DNA of 64,000 bases from Candidatus Deferrimicrobiaceae bacterium (GCA_963792415.1 CAWBVY010000009.1:32001-96000), one strand, 5' to 3'. Positions 19,955 to 31,656 are shown, counted from the first letter of the stretch. Translations and numbers: made by a program. Notes: generated from the letters alone by a model not told the origin.

Positions 19955-21243
19955 CCACCCGCATCGCCTCGGTCACCGGGCGTCGCGTCTGGGATTCCCG
20001 CGGCCGGCCGACGGTCGAGGTCGAGGTCGGGCTCTCCGGCGGCACGTTGGGCCGTTCCATCGCACCGGCCGGGGCTTCCACCGGGAGCGGCGAGGCGGTG
20101 GACCTGCGCGACGGCGGCACCGCCTTCGGCGGCTACGACGTTCAGGCCGCCGTGGCCGCGGTCAACGGCGAGATTGCCGGCCTGCTCGCGGGGCGTGAGG
20201 CGATGGACCAGGCGGGTCTCGACGCGGCATTGATCGCACTCGATGGCACCGTCAACAAGGGACGCCTGGGCGGCAACGCCGTCGTTGCCACCTCGATGGC
20301 GATCGCGCACGCGGCCGCCGCAGCCCGCGGTCTGCCGCTGTGGCGGCACCTCGCGGAGGGGCGGGGCGAGTTTTTTCTGCCGCTGCCCGAGATCCAGATT
20401 TTCGGCGGGGGCGCGCATGCGGGACGCCGTGTGGACGTGCAGGACTTCATGGTCATCGCGGTAGGCGCTGCCGACTACGCCCAGTCGCTCGAATGGACCG
20501 CGGAGGTCTATCGCGCCGCCGGCGCGCTGATGAGCGAGGCCGGCCTCCTCGGAGGGGTCGCCGACGAAGGTGGCTACTGGCCGGCCTTCGACGGCAACGA
20601 GAAGGCGCTCGAATTCCTGTTGCGCGCGATAGAGCGGGCCGGGTACACCCCCGGCCAGGATGTGGCGATCTCGCTCGACATCGCGGCCTCGAACTTCGGC
20701 CGCGACGGGCAGTACACGCTCGCCCGCGATGCCCGTCGAATCGACTCCGATGGCCTCTCGGAGATCCTGCTCGGCTGGCTTGCGCGGTACCCCATCGTCT
20801 CGATCGAGGATCCGCTCGGCGAGGACGACCCCGAAGGGATGCGGCGGTTTACCCGCGCGGCCGGCGACCGCATCGAAGTGGTGGCGGACGATTTCATCTG
20901 TACCAACGCGGCACGCATCGCGCGCGCGCAGGAATTCGGGGCGTGCAACACGGCGCTGATCAAGCCGAATCAGGCCGGCACGCTGACCGAGACCCGCGCG
21001 GCGCTGGATGCCGCCCGCGCTGCCGGCTGGGAAAGCATCGTGTCGGCCCGTTCGGGCGAAACCGAGGACGTCACCATCGTTCATCTCGCCGTGGGCTGGG
21101 GGGCGAAGCAACTCAAGGTAGGTTCCTTCTCGCGCTCGGAGCGCATGGCCAAATGGAACGAGGGGTTGCGCATCGCCGAGGCCCTCCGGCAAACCGGTGG
21201 ACGACTCCCGCCGAGATCATCGTTCCCATGGGGGCGGGCGTAG
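19951..21243 (+). CDS. eno: Enolase-family protein, atypical paralog
   Basis: DSRGRPTVE, GASTG, DEGG, SIEDP, IKPNQ.GT; has QDF and SARSGE in place of canonical QEF and SHRSGE; start overlaps the kinase stop. Confidence 0.9.
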   Translation: MTTRIASVTGRRVWDSRGRPTVEVEVGLSGGTLGRSIAPAGASTGSGEAVDLRDGGTAFGGYDVQAAVAAVNGEIAGLLAGREAMDQAGLDAALIALDGTVNKGRLGGNAVVATSMAIAHAAAAARGLPLWRHLAEGRGEFFLPLPEIQIFGGGAHAGRRVDVQDFMVIAVGAADYAQSLEWTAEVYRAAGALMSEAGLLGGVADEGGYWPAFDGNEKALEFLLRAIERAGYTPGQDVAISLDIAASNFGRDGQYTLARDARRIDSDGLSEILLGWLARYPIVSIEDPLGEDDPEGMRRFTRAAGDRIEVVADDFICTNAARIARAQEFGACNTALIKPNQAGTLTETRAALDAARAAGWESIVSARSGETEDVTIVHLAVGWGAKQLKVGSFSRSERMAKWNEGLRIAEALRQTGGRLPPRSSFPWGRA

Positions 21244-21372
21244 CAGACCTGCCCCGCGCAAGCGTCTCCGACGGAATATGAATTCCGTTTTGCATACCGT
21301 CACACGGCCCCTATACTGGCAAGGGAATGCCGCCGGATGCGGCGGCAGGATCCTCCCGGAAGAGGGGGCACA

Positions 21373-22313
21373 ATGCGGCAGAGCTTGGCGCAACGGGGCG
21401 TGGTCGCACGCGCAGGTGCGATGCTGTGCGCGGTCGCACTTCTCTTTGCCGCCACACGAGCATGTGCGGCAGAACTCGAGCCGAGGGCTTATGCCAACAC
21501 GCCGGTCGGGCTCAATTTCCTGATCGCGGGCTACGCGTATTCGGAAGGGGGGTTGTCGACCAATGCATCGTCGCCGTTGAAGGACGCCCACCTCCGGATC
21601 CACACCGAAGTCCTCGCCTACGCCCGGGCTCTGGACGTGTGGGGCAAGTCCGGGAAGTTCGACGTCATCCTGCCGTATTCCCAGTTGTCGGGAACCGCGA
21701 TGGTCGACGGTCAACCGGCAGAACGCCAGATCTCCGGGCTGAACGACCCGCGCTTCCGGTTCTCGGTCAACTTCTACGGCGCTCCCGCGCTGTCGATGCG
21801 GGAGTTCGCCGGCTACCGGCAGGACATAATTATCGGCGCGAGCATTCAGGTGTCCGCCCCCGTCGGCCAGTACAACCCCGACAAATTGGTGAACCTCGGC
21901 ACCAACCGCTGGTTCATCAAGCCCGACATCGGAATCTCCAAAACGATCGGTCTGTTGACGCTGGAACTTACTGCCTGCGTTACTTTTTTTACCAGAAACG
22001 ACAATTACTTCGGCGGCAATACCCTCGAGCAGGACCCCGTGTACTCCGCACAGGCACACGTCGTCTACGACTTCGGCCGCGGCGTGTGGGGTGCACTGGA
22101 CGGGACCTACGATCACGGCGGGCGCACGACCGTCGGCGGCGTGCGAAACGATGATGTGCAGGGGAATTCGCGCGTGGGGGCGACCCTGGCGCTGCCGGTG
22201 AACCGGAACAACTCGATCAAGCTCTACGCCAGCACCGGCGTGTCCACCCGCACCGGCAGCGACTACAACCTCGGGGGGATCGCCTGGCAATATCGCTGGG
22301 GCGGTGGGCTTAA
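21373..22313 (+). CDS. Outer-membrane beta-barrel transporter (Phenol_MetA_deg/SphA-like); stop likely lost by an indel
   Basis: ELEPRAYANTPVG, P.GQY.PDKLVNLGTNRW, AWQYRWG. Confidence 0.8.
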
Positions 22314-22351
22314 CCCCCCGCGATTCCGGACACGTAAAGGAGGTTCATCCC

Positions 22352-23583
22352 ATGAATGGATTGTCCATCTCCCTGCTTGCGATCCTGACCGCCATTTCTC
22401 TTTCCGGACCGTTGCATGCCTCCGAAAAGACTTCCTTGAGCCCGAAGGAGCAGTTGGGCAAGCACCTCTTTTTCGACGCAAGACTATCGGTCCCCGAAGG
22501 CCAGTCCTGCGCCACCTGTCACGCGCCCGACGGCCGGTTTCACCGGCCCCCACGCAGAGACCAACATGGCAGGCACGGTCTACGAGGGGGCGGTAAAAGG
22601 CCGCTTCGGCAACCGGAAGCCGCCCACGTCGTCGTACGGCGGCGACAGCCCCGTCCTCCACTTCGACAACAAGGAGAAGGTCTGGGTAGGAGGCATGTTC
22701 TGGGACGGCAGGGCGACGGGAAAACCGCTGAAGGATCCCCTTGCCGAGCAGGCGCAGGGACCTTTTCTCAATCCGCTCGAGCAGAACATCCCCGACGCCA
22801 GAACCCTCTGCGGGAAGGTCAAGGACGCGACCTACGCTTCCCTCTTCGAACAGGTATGGGGAAAAGGATCGCTTGACTGCGACAAGAAGGTTTCCGCCAC
22901 GTATGACCGGATCGGAAAGAGCATCGCCGCTTACGAGCGCTCGAAGGAGGCGAACCCCTTCAGCTCAAAGTTCGATTTCTGGCTCGGGAAGAAGGTGAAG
23001 CTCTCGGACCAGGAAATGAAGGGGCTCGCGCTCTTCGAGGGGAAGGGGAAGTGCGGCGGAGTGCCACCCGAGCAAACGGGATCGGAAAGGGACGCCCCCG
23101 CTCTTCACCGATTTCACGAGACGATACCCGGCGTTCCGAAAAACCCGAGGAACCCCTTCTACGGCATGCCCGCGCAATGGAACCCGGACGGGGCTGCCTT
23201 CGTGGATACCGGCCTGGGCGGCTACCTGAAGGGGGCCGGATACAAGCCATCCCGGTACGAACCCGAGATGGGGGAAATTCAAGGTGCCCACGCTCAGAAA
23301 CGTCGACAGGTGGCCCTCCCCGGGTTTCGTCAAGGCGTATGGACACAACGGATACTTCAAGAGCCTGAAGGAGATCGTCCATTTCTACAATACCCGGGAC
23401 GTGCTCGGCGGATGCGGGAAGTCGAGCGATCCCAGGCCCGGCGAGAACTGCTGGCCGGAGCCCGAGGTCTCCTCCAACCTCAACAGGGAGGAGCTTGGCA
23501 ACCTCGGCCTCACCGGGGAGGAGGAAGAGGCCATCGTGGCCTTCATGAGAACCCTTTCCGACGGGTACTCCATGGAGAAATGA
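22352..23583 (+). CDS. Di-heme cytochrome c peroxidase/MauG family protein (frameshifted)
   Basis: LGKHLFFD.RLS...SCATCH, FWDGRA, QAQGPFLNPLE, second CxxCH recoverable near 23052, KVPTLRNV...YGHNG. Confidence 0.88.
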
Positions 23584-23637
23584 CGCGGGGGGCCGGTTTG
23601 CTGAACGGAGGACGGAAAGGGACGGCACGCCGTATTT

Positions 23638-24528
23638 TCAAGGCTCCGTGCGCGCGAACGTGTCGCAGTCGGACAGCTGCCTGCTTTCCATGCCGGCCCG
23701 GAACCAGCGCAGCCGCTGCGCGGAGGTGCCGTGGGTGAAGGCGTCGGGCACGATATGTCCCTGCTCGCGCTTCATGATGCGGTCGTCGCCCACGGCGGCG
23801 GCGGCGTTCATCGCTTCCTCAATATCGCCCGTTTCCAGGATATTTTTCAGGCGCTGGGCGTGGTGAGCCCAGATCCCGGCCAGGAAGTCGGCCTGCAGTT
23901 CCAGCCGCACCAGGTAGCGGTTGTAATCCTGGCGGCTCAGGCTGCGCTGCTTTTCCTGCATCTGGTCCATGATGCCGAGCAGGTTCTGCACGTGGTGGCC
24001 GACCTCGTGGGCAATGACGTAGGCCCAGGCGAAATCGCCGCGCGCGCCCAGGCGCCGCTGCATATCCTGGAAAAAATTCAGGTCGATGTAGACTTTTTCA
24101 TCGCCGGGGCAGTAAAAAGGACCGCTGGCCGACTGGGCGAAACCGCAGGCCGAATCGGTGGCGCCGCTGAACAGGACCAGCTTGGGCGGCCGGTACCTGG
24201 AGCCCCCCTGGCGGAAGACCTCGGTCCAGGCGTCCTCGGTGCTGGCGAGCACGGTCGACACCGAAGCGCCCGCCCGGATCGGCGGGCGGTACACCCCGCT
24301 GGCCGGGAGCCGACTGCGCGGGGGCCTGCACCGCCGGCCCTCGTCCATGCCGCCGATCAGGCCGAGGATCTCCAGCGGGTTGACGCCGAGCAGCCAGCCG
24401 CCCACCAGCGCCACCAGGATCGCCCCGATTCCGATGCCGCCCCGGCGCGCCGACATGCCGCCGAACCCCCCGCCCTGCCCACGACGGTCCTCGACGTTGT
24501 CGCTCTGCCGTTCGTCCTCCCAGCGCAT
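23638..24528 (-). CDS. ypfJ: Neutral zinc metallopeptidase (YpfJ family)
   Basis: MRW...SDNVEDRR, GPFYCP.D, AHEVGHHVQ, ELQAD, FTHGTS.QR. Confidence 0.93.
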   Translation of the reverse strand: MRWEDERQSDNVEDRRGQGGGFGGMSARRGGIGIGAILVALVGGWLLGVNPLEILGLIGGMDEGRRCRPPRSRLPASGVYRPPIRAGASVSTVLASTEDAWTEVFRQGGSRYRPPKLVLFSGATDSACGFAQSASGPFYCPGDEKVYIDLNFFQDMQRRLGARGDFAWAYVIAHEVGHHVQNLLGIMDQMQEKQRSLSRQDYNRYLVRLELQADFLAGIWAHHAQRLKNILETGDIEEAMNAAAAVGDDRIMKREQGHIVPDAFTHGTSAQRLRWFRAGMESRQLSDCDTFARTEP

Positions 24529-24670
24529 CCCCCCGCTCCTTGTCGATCAGGGAAATGCTTTATTATATTCGGTATCGGGAATCGCATCCAACGGCAGAAA
24601 AGTTTCCCATACCCAAGGACTCCATCCAACGGAGCCAAGGGCGTACCTGTCAGGAAAGTCATCCTGCGGC

Positions 24671-24698
24671 AAGGGGGCAGTTTTTCGGCTGCCCCCTT
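24671..24698 (-). terminator. Hairpin downstream of the lipoprotein gene
   Basis: AAGGGGGCAG-N8-CTGCCCCCTT. Confidence 0.5.
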
Positions 24699-24735
24699 TG
24701 TCTACGGGAAGAAACCGGTTTCCAGTGACGACCCA

Positions 24736-25745
24736 TCATCTACGCGTCAGTTCTAAACCTCCGTAGTAGATGTAGAGATCACCTGTGGGGGTGTGATTCG
24801 GGAAAGCCTACCTTGAGGATCGTGTAGGACGTGGCGGTGCTCTGGGTGGTTGCCCGCGCATAATGCAGGGCGTGTATCCTGTTGACTGTGGGGCATCCTC
24901 AACAACACCGGAATCGACCGACCAGGTAAAGGTGGTTCCTCCGAAGCCGGAAATAGACCCGGTTCCGTCGGCGTTGAATACCCACGTATAGTCATCCACC
25001 GATTGCACATAGGTCCCAGGGATTTTTGCAGGGTCAATCGGAACGATTTTCTCCACAGTCAAGGCGGATGGAGTTCCGGTCCCATCGTCTAATAGCACCT
25101 GCATCTCCGTGGAAGAATCGGAAATGAGCATCATCGTAGCCGTCCCCACGCCGGTGACAGTTACTATCGCGTTCCCGGAGGCATCGATGCTCCAGGATCC
25201 GGTTCCGGTATGGTACGAATCACGGTTGTTGTTAGCGTACTGCTCGAACGAGGAATCAGCATTAAAGAATGGAAAGGTGGGAATCGTAAACCCCTCCCGG
25301 GTACCAGTTTCCTCGAAGAATACTTGCCCTGACAGCATCTGGGCGGTGAAGGGAATGGTCACGATGTTGGTGAGGGCCACGACCCATAATGTCCCGTTTC
25401 GGTGACCCCTCCGGACGGATAGGTCGCCGTAACCGTCGCCGTCTGGTCGGTGTCGATCTCCCGACAGGAAAGCACCCCGCCGGCGGTTATAGATGCGATC
25501 TGGGGATGACGTTCCAGGTCGGGGTCACCGTAGTCGTTGAATTGTCGCTCCAGCTCGCCGTCGCCGTGTACGTGCCGGTGCCGTACTCGCTAACGGATGA
25601 CGGGCCGTCAACGGAAAGGCCGGTCAAGGTGGCCGCCGGAGTTGAACTTCCACCACCACCTCCCTCCTCCACACGTGGAAAGCCCCATCGCCAGAAACGC
25701 CAGGAGCAAAGAAGCGGGGAGAAATGTGACAAATAATTTTCTCAT
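24736..25745 (-). CDS. Putative lipoprotein with Ig-like N-terminal domain (several frameshifts)
   Basis: MRKLFVTFLPASLLLAFLAMGLSTCGG; GPSSVSE..T.TYTATASWSD; ends ...YYGGLELTRR-stop. Confidence 0.6.
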
Positions 25746-25860
25746 CTTTTTCCCTCCCGGTTGCCTGTTTTTATGGATGAGAACAGGGCATCCCTATTGG
25801 TTATCCCGGTAGATCCCCTTGGTCATGCCCCCCCCCGAACCGGAAATCGATCGCCATCGG

Positions 25861-26340
25861 TCACATGGCATGGTGAAACAGCACCGGGATCTTCGACTTC
25901 CCGAGTTTCTTTGCATCCATGGCGTCGCTCAGGAGGTCTTTCAGCCCGCGCGGATGGGTCGAGGTGACGATCATGTCGCAACGTTTCTCCTCCGCGAACT
26001 TCAGCACCCCGTGCAGCGGGGATCCACACGACAAGAGAACCGCCTCACACGGGATCCCCCTGTCGGCGCACATCCTCCCCGTCGATTCCAGCGCCTCCTT
26101 CGCCAGACCGGCTTTCCTCCCCTCGGCGATCGCCATGGCATCCTTACCGACCCTGGCCACCCCGGCCCACTTCAACTCGTCCAGGCCGTAGAACCTCCGG
26201 AGTTCCCGCCAGGTGAAGTCTCCCGTGACGTAGGCCGCCGTCACCTTGGCGTGGAGGGATTCGGCAAGCAGCACCCCGAGGCAGGTCTTCATCGGGCACC
26301 CCTCGCACCCGTTCCTCATCAACAGGATGTTCTTGTACAT
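25861..26340 (-). CDS. Universal stress protein-like, copy 1
   Basis: MYKNILL...A.VTAAYV...SP..GVLKFAEEKRCDMIV...KIPVL. Confidence 0.8.
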   Translation of the reverse strand: MYKNILLMRNGCEGCPMKTCLGVLLAESLHAKVTAAYVTGDFTWRELRRFYGLDELKWAGVARVGKDAMAIAEGRKAGLAKEALESTGRMCADRGIPCEAVLLSCGSPLHGVLKFAEEKRCDMIVTSTHPRGLKDLLSDAMDAKKLGKSKIPVLFHHAM

Positions 26341-26393
26341 TTTCTACGCCTCCTTCCTGCAATCCCGTCGGTATTGGGGATTGCTCCCCGGGA

Positions 26394-26606
26394 TTATTTA
26401 CTTTCCCCTGAGCAGGTGCCCGTCGAGTCGGCATGAGCAGGCCCCGACCCGGATCCTGATTCCTGCGGGTCCCCGCGGAGGAGCCGCAAGAGTTCCCCCA
26501 TGCTCCGGAATGCCTTCTTTTCCTCGACGCCGACCTGCTCCACCACGCCGAAGAGTCCCCCGTTTTCTTCCTTCCGTCTGTAGATCCGTACGATGTAGTC
26601 CTCCAT
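26394..26606 (-). CDS. Small hypothetical protein downstream of the BTAD regulator
   Basis: GGAGG RBS; MEDYIVRIYRR...GVVEQVG..EKKAF.SM.EL. Confidence 0.65.
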   Translation of the reverse strand: MEDYIVRIYRRKEENGGLFGVVEQVGVEEKKAFRSMGELLRLLRGDPQESGSGSGPAHADSTGTCSGESK

Positions 26607-26719
26607 GCCCGCCTCCCGGACGGATGAGGGTACGGCCACTTTGGGAACAGGTTACCGGGAGACGATTACGGATCAGGGACGGATTCGAACCCTTGTCGCG
26701 GGATGGAACGGGGAGTTTT

Positions 26720-29700
26720 CTATGAGGAGCGGAGCGAGTTCAGGAGATTCCGGGTCTTCGGGGACGGTTCCACCCCCAGGGAAGATAAGATTTTACGAAG
26801 GCGATCGTACGCCGCAAGCGCCTCCGCCTTTCGGTCCTCGGCCAGATAGCAGCGCATCAGGGACTGGTAGAACTCCTCCGCCAGGTCGTCCACGTCGATC
26901 CCTCCCCGGTAGCACACGCGGGCCTTTTCCCACTCCCCCGCCCGCATCCAGTGGGCTCCCAGCCGGCCCACGGTCGACAGGTACCTGCTCCGCAGACGCT
27001 CGCGCATGGAAACCGGCCAGGATCGCCCCGCCTCTTCCGTCAGAAAGGGTCCACGGTACAGCGGCAGCGCCTTTTCCTCCAGTTTCGCGGCGCCCTCCTT
27101 CCCCCCGGTTTCTCCCAGGGATGCCGCCTTTCCCAGGAGGCGCTCGAAGGCGAAGGCGTCCACCCAGCAATACCGCGGATCCAGGCTGATAACCCCTTCC
27201 TGGCGCCGCACGGCCTCCTCGTGACCGAGCAGCTGGCGCAGGCGACGCAGCGCGACGGACATCGACTGGATCGCCATGTCCCCTTCCGCCTCGGGCCAGA
27301 CCGCATCGGTGATCTGCTCTTCCCGGACGGCTCTGCCGCCGAAGGCGATCAGCGCCTTAAGCAGGTCCAACGGCCGCTTCTGCGCCTTCCGGGAATAGGT
27401 GAGCGGCCTGCCGTCCTTGAGGATCCCGAACCGCCCGAGGGTGTAGACCGCGACCGGCCAGGGCCAGGTTTCGACTTCGAGGGGCGGGGAGGCCGGGACC
27501 AGGTTCCTCTTCCGGATGAGCTCCTGGACGTACGATGCCTCGATTCCCTCCTCCAGGGCTTTCATGCATTGGCGGGTCATGAACGAGGGGATCCAGCTGT
27601 CGTAGTGGAAATACCTGTTCTCCCTCCCGATGGAAAGCGCCTTTCCGAGGGAGGCGAGACCCGATCCCTTATCGCCCCGGAGAACGCGATGTCGGCTTTC
27701 ACCAGGAGGCACTGGAACTCGAGGATGGGGCTTCTCATCCCCAGGGCGATCCGTTCGGCTTTCTCCAGATGGTTCGCCGCATCCTCCGTCTTTCCGATTT
27801 CGTTATCGAGTCTTGCCATGTACACGTTCCCCAGCGCAATTCCGCAAGGTGCGCCGCAGTCGGTTACCAGCGCATCGGCCGTCTCCTCGAGGGACAACGC
27901 AAGAGGGATGTCCCCTTTGAGCGCGGCGTGCCACGAGGAGAGATGGTGAAAAAAGGCCTGGTGTATGTCTGACCTGTCCCGAGGAACGGCGCCATCCGTC
28001 GGAGGCATTCCGATGCGGAATCGAGATCCCCCTTCCCAAGGAATGCAGAGGTTTCTTCGCCCAGCAAGAGGAAATCCCAGAGGTGGATCCCGCTCGTCGC
28101 CGCGATTTCCATCCCCCTGTCGGCGGACCGGATCGAATCGTCGAACTGCGCGACCCCGCAGTACAGTCTTGCCTCGAACAGATGGAATAGAATCCTTCGT
28201 TGAGGCTGGGAGGTCGAAGAGGATATCCATTCACGAGTCGACTCGACGATACCGCGCGCCCTTGCGAAATCCCCGATCCAGATGAAATACAGGAACAGGT
28301 ACAAGGTTGCCTGAAGCCGTACCAGGTCGTCCTTGCATACCCGGATCATGGATGACGCCTTCTTCACCCATGCCTCGATATCCGGGTGATCCACCCGCCT
28401 CATATACAACCCGCCCAGCAGGCTCGCCACCACACGGGCTTCGATCTCCGGGGAGGGGAAGGATGGGAACCTTTTCGTAATCTCGTCGAATCTGTCGATC
28501 CACGCATCCAGCGCCTTGAAATCGTTCAGATACATGCACAGGTTGTCGATGATCAGCGACCAGGTGAGAAACGTTCCAACCGGGTCCTTCCGGTCCCAGA
28601 ACCGTTCGAAGGACCGCTCCGCATGGCTCCTGCTCTCGACGGGGTCGAATGGCATCCGGCATGCTCCGAGCCAGTACAAATGCCAGGGGGATTCCTGAAC
28701 GGTGTTCTCCGGCAGACGTCCCAGCCACCCTTGCAGAATCCGGGTCCTCCCCTGCGCGACAAGGGACGCGGCGTGGGCTAGGACCAATCTTGAAATGGAT
28801 GCATGGTCCCCGATGTCGGAAAACAGGGCTACAGCGTCTTCGACCTGGCCCATCCCCTCGAGAAGCTCGGCAGCCCTCCGCTTGACGGCACGCATATCCT
28901 GTTCCCCCAGGATATCCGGGGCTCGGGAGAGCAGAAATTCCCGGAACAGGGGATGGTATCGGTACAGGGGCTCCAGGTGCCTATGTTCCATCAGGAAGAG
29001 GTTGTTCCCGCAGAGGTACGAGAGCAGTTCCGGCGCCCTCCTCTCGCCTGTCAGCGCTTCCGCCGCGGTTGCCGTCATGTCGGGCAGAAAAGCGGTCTTC
29101 AGGAGAAACGCCCTGACGGATTTCCCCAACCTCCCGAAGATCTCGCTCCCGAAATAGTCGAACAACCCCCGGGGGGTGCGGTGCGTGAGGGGCGGGGGTT
29201 CAACACTTCGTGACCGGCTGCCTTCCAGCATGAGGACCAAACCCGCCACCCAGCCGTCCGTCGTGTCGTGGAGATCGCGAATCCCCTTGTCGGAATGCCT
29301 CTTCTCTCCGCGGCGCCGGGCGATTTTCCCGCACTCGCCAAGCGTCAGTCGAAGGTCCTCCCAGCCGATGGTCTCCAACCGGTTGTTGACACGGAACCGG
29401 GCAAAGGCGGGGGGAGGGTCGCCGCGGCTGACAAGAAAAACGGTCGTTCCTTCGGGGACCCGGGAGAGGCCGGTTACGATCACATCGTGAAGGGAGGATT
29501 TTGCGGGGATCTCCTGGTAATCGTCGAAGACCAGCGCCCGGGCGGGAGAAAGCCGGGCAAAGAGGTTTTCAAAAAAAAGCCGGTTAAACTCCTGAATCCC
29601 CGTCAGGTATTCCGGGGTCAGCAGGGGAAGGGGCTTGCGCATCCGGGGGGCCGCCCGTTTTGCCGCGACCCCGAGGTAGTAGAAGAAGCTGGCAAGATCG

Positions 29701-29921
29701 TCGTCCCCTGCGTCGACCCGATACCAGAGGGCGGGAATGTTCCGGGCCTCGAGGTAGGAACTGACCAGGGTTGTTTTCCCGCACCCCGGAGGACCGCATA
29801 CCCACACCAGCGAACCCTTCCTGCAACTCCGGTCGACGAGGCGGAAGAGCCTCGTTCTGGGCAGGCACCCGCTTGGGACGGGCCGGGTGATCTTGGCAAG
29901 CGGGGGCGGCAGGATGGCCAT
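26720..29921 (-). CDS. MalT-like STAND NTPase regulator with C-terminal wHTH/BTAD (frameshifted near 27.7-27.9 kb)
   Basis: GPPGCGKTT, LVFDDYQ, TDGWVAGL, YRYHPLFREFL; YTLGRF, WVDAFAFE, LYRGPFL, EEFYQSLMRCY. Confidence 0.88.
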
Positions 29922-30142
29922 GGCTCCCCTCGGAGGGTACGATACAATAACCAGCTCACGGCAACCTTATACAAGTCATTGTACTGCGAATAGTGTCAAG
30001 AAAAGAGTCTTGACCCCGGACGGGCGGCACGGGGGGTCGCCGGCCAACCCGCAAGAAAGATACGTGGTGCCCTTCCTGGGAACCGCAAGTTTCCCGGGAA
30101 TGATACCTTTCGCATGTCCGGGAATCGGGGGTGGGTCACCCG

Positions 30143-30763
30143 TCAGCGCCGCTGAAACCAGTACCACGCGGAAGGGTTGCCGTTCTCTTCCCCGGTCGCC
30201 ATCCGGACGTTGTAGAACTCCGCCCGCAGCAAGGAGTCGACCTCTTCGGCGGCGATGCCGACAACCTCGCCTTCCCGTGTTCTCGGCAGCCAGGCGTAGA
30301 GCATGTACCAGGCTTGCGGCCGCAGCAATCGGGACAGGCTCGTGACGTATCGCGCCCGATCTTCCGCCTTCAGGGAATGCAGGCAGCCGATGTCCAGAAC
30401 GTAGTCGAAAGGACCGGACAGGGCGGAAAGGTCGGTGACGCTCGCAACAAGAAATTCGATCGCCACTCCGCTCCGGGCCGCCTTGGCGCGGGCGGCGAGG
30501 ATGGCTTTCGGTATGAAATCGACGCCCGTGACCCGCCATCCGTACCGGGCCAGGGTGACGGCATTGGTTCCCGTGCCGCAGCCCAGATCCAGCGCTTTTC
30601 CGGGCGGGGTCCGGGCGAGGAATTCCATCACCTCGGGCGGGGTGACTTGCGTGTCCCAGGGGGTCTTCCTGCGCCAGTAGCGCCATTGGAATTTCCAGCG
30701 GTTGGGCAGGATGGACCCGATCCGTTCGTGCCACAAGCCCGGAAACCCCCTTCCCTTCTCCAT
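30143..30763 (-). CDS. Class I SAM methyltransferase (TPMT/TehB-like)
   Basis: TPWD, ALDLGCGTG, FDYVLDIGCLH. Confidence 0.88.
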   Translation of the reverse strand: MEKGRGFPGLWHERIGSILPNRWKFQWRYWRRKTPWDTQVTPPEVMEFLARTPPGKALDLGCGTGTNAVTLARYGWRVTGVDFIPKAILAARAKAARSGVAIEFLVASVTDLSALSGPFDYVLDIGCLHSLKAEDRARYVTSLSRLLRPQAWYMLYAWLPRTREGEVVGIAAEEVDSLLRAEFYNVRMATGEENGNPSAWYWFQRR

Positions 30764-30765
30764 CG
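30708..30765 (+). repeat. Direct repeat B, left copy (5' end of methyltransferase)
   Basis: About 50 of 58 positions match 36270-36328 by manual alignment. Confidence 0.85.
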
Positions 30766-30849
30766 GTCGGACAGCGGCCTGCCCCCCGGTTTCAGACCCG
30801 TTCCACGCGGGGAGCTGCGAGGGATTTCCCCTTGCCCGTTTCCACCGGA

Positions 30850-31656
30850 TTACGCTTGATACAGGTGGACGTCCCGCTGCGGGAACGGGATGGAAATCCC
30901 CTCTGCGTCGAACCGCTTCTTGATCTTCTCGGTCGTTTCGAAGTAGACATCCCAGTAATCTTCCGTTTTGACCCAGGGACGAACGGCGAAGTTGACGCTG
31001 CTGTCCCCCAGCTCCAGAACGGCGATCGTCGGGGCCGGGTCCTTCAGGACGCGTTCATCACCGTTCAGAACGTCCGCGACAACGCCCTTCACTTTCCCGA
31101 TCTCGTCCCGATAGCTCACTCCGATGACGAGATCCACGCGACGTTTGTCTTTCCTCGTGTAATTGGTGACGTTGTCGCCGGTGATCTTCGCATTCGGAAT
31201 GATGATGGTCTTGTTGTCGGGCGTGCGCAGTTGCGTCGTGAAGATCTGCATCTCCTCCACGATGCCCGAGACGCCTGCGCCCTCGATGAAATCGCCGACC
31301 TGGAACGGACGGAATATGACCATCAGGACGCCGGCGGCGAAGTTCGCCAGCGACCCTTGCAGCGCCAATCCAATGGCCAGACCGGCCGCGCCGATCACGG
31401 CGATGAACGATGTCGTTTGAATCCCCAGTTGCGCGAGTGCCGCCAGAATCACGAACGTGAGGAGGGAAAAGTAGATCAGATGCCCGACGAAGGTCACGAG
31501 TGTCGCGTCGACCTTGCTGCTGGCCATCAATTTCCCGGTGGTGTTCCGGAGGAACCTCGCCACCCAACGTCCGACGACAACGATCAGGATCGCGGTGAGC
31601 ATATTGATGCCGAATGCCGCCACCCATGCCTGCATCTTCGCGACGATTTCTTCCAT
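30850..31656 (-). CDS. mscS: Small-conductance mechanosensitive channel
   Basis: GAAGLAIGLALQGSLANFAAG, RPFQVGD, IIPN, GISIPFPQ. Confidence 0.95.
   Translation of the reverse strand: MEEIVAKMQAWVAAFGINMLTAILIVVVGRWVARFLRNTTGKLMASSKVDATLVTFVGHLIYFSLLTFVILAALAQLGIQTTSFIAVIGAAGLAIGLALQGSLANFAAGVLMVIFRPFQVGDFIEGAGVSGIVEEMQIFTTQLRTPDNKTIIIPNAKITGDNVTNYTRKDKRRVDLVIGVSYRDEIGKVKGVVADVLNGDERVLKDPAPTIAVLELGDSSVNFAVRPWVKTEDYWDVYFETTEKIKKRFDAEGISIPFPQRDVHLYQA

Noticed and set aside
26650-26669. GGTTAC/GATTAC direct repeat as a BTAD-regulator site
   Set aside because: Two short units at 14-bp spacing, not the helical phasing expected for SARP-type sites.
26676-26692. GGACGGATTCGAACCC resembles a reversed tRNA T-arm or att remnant
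   Set aside because: No acceptor stem, D arm or CCA can be built around it, and it is too short to support.
17296-30798. About 22 of 25 match between spacers 17296-17320 and 30775-30798
   Set aside because: Short and GC-rich, does not copy a gene boundary, and is plausible by chance.
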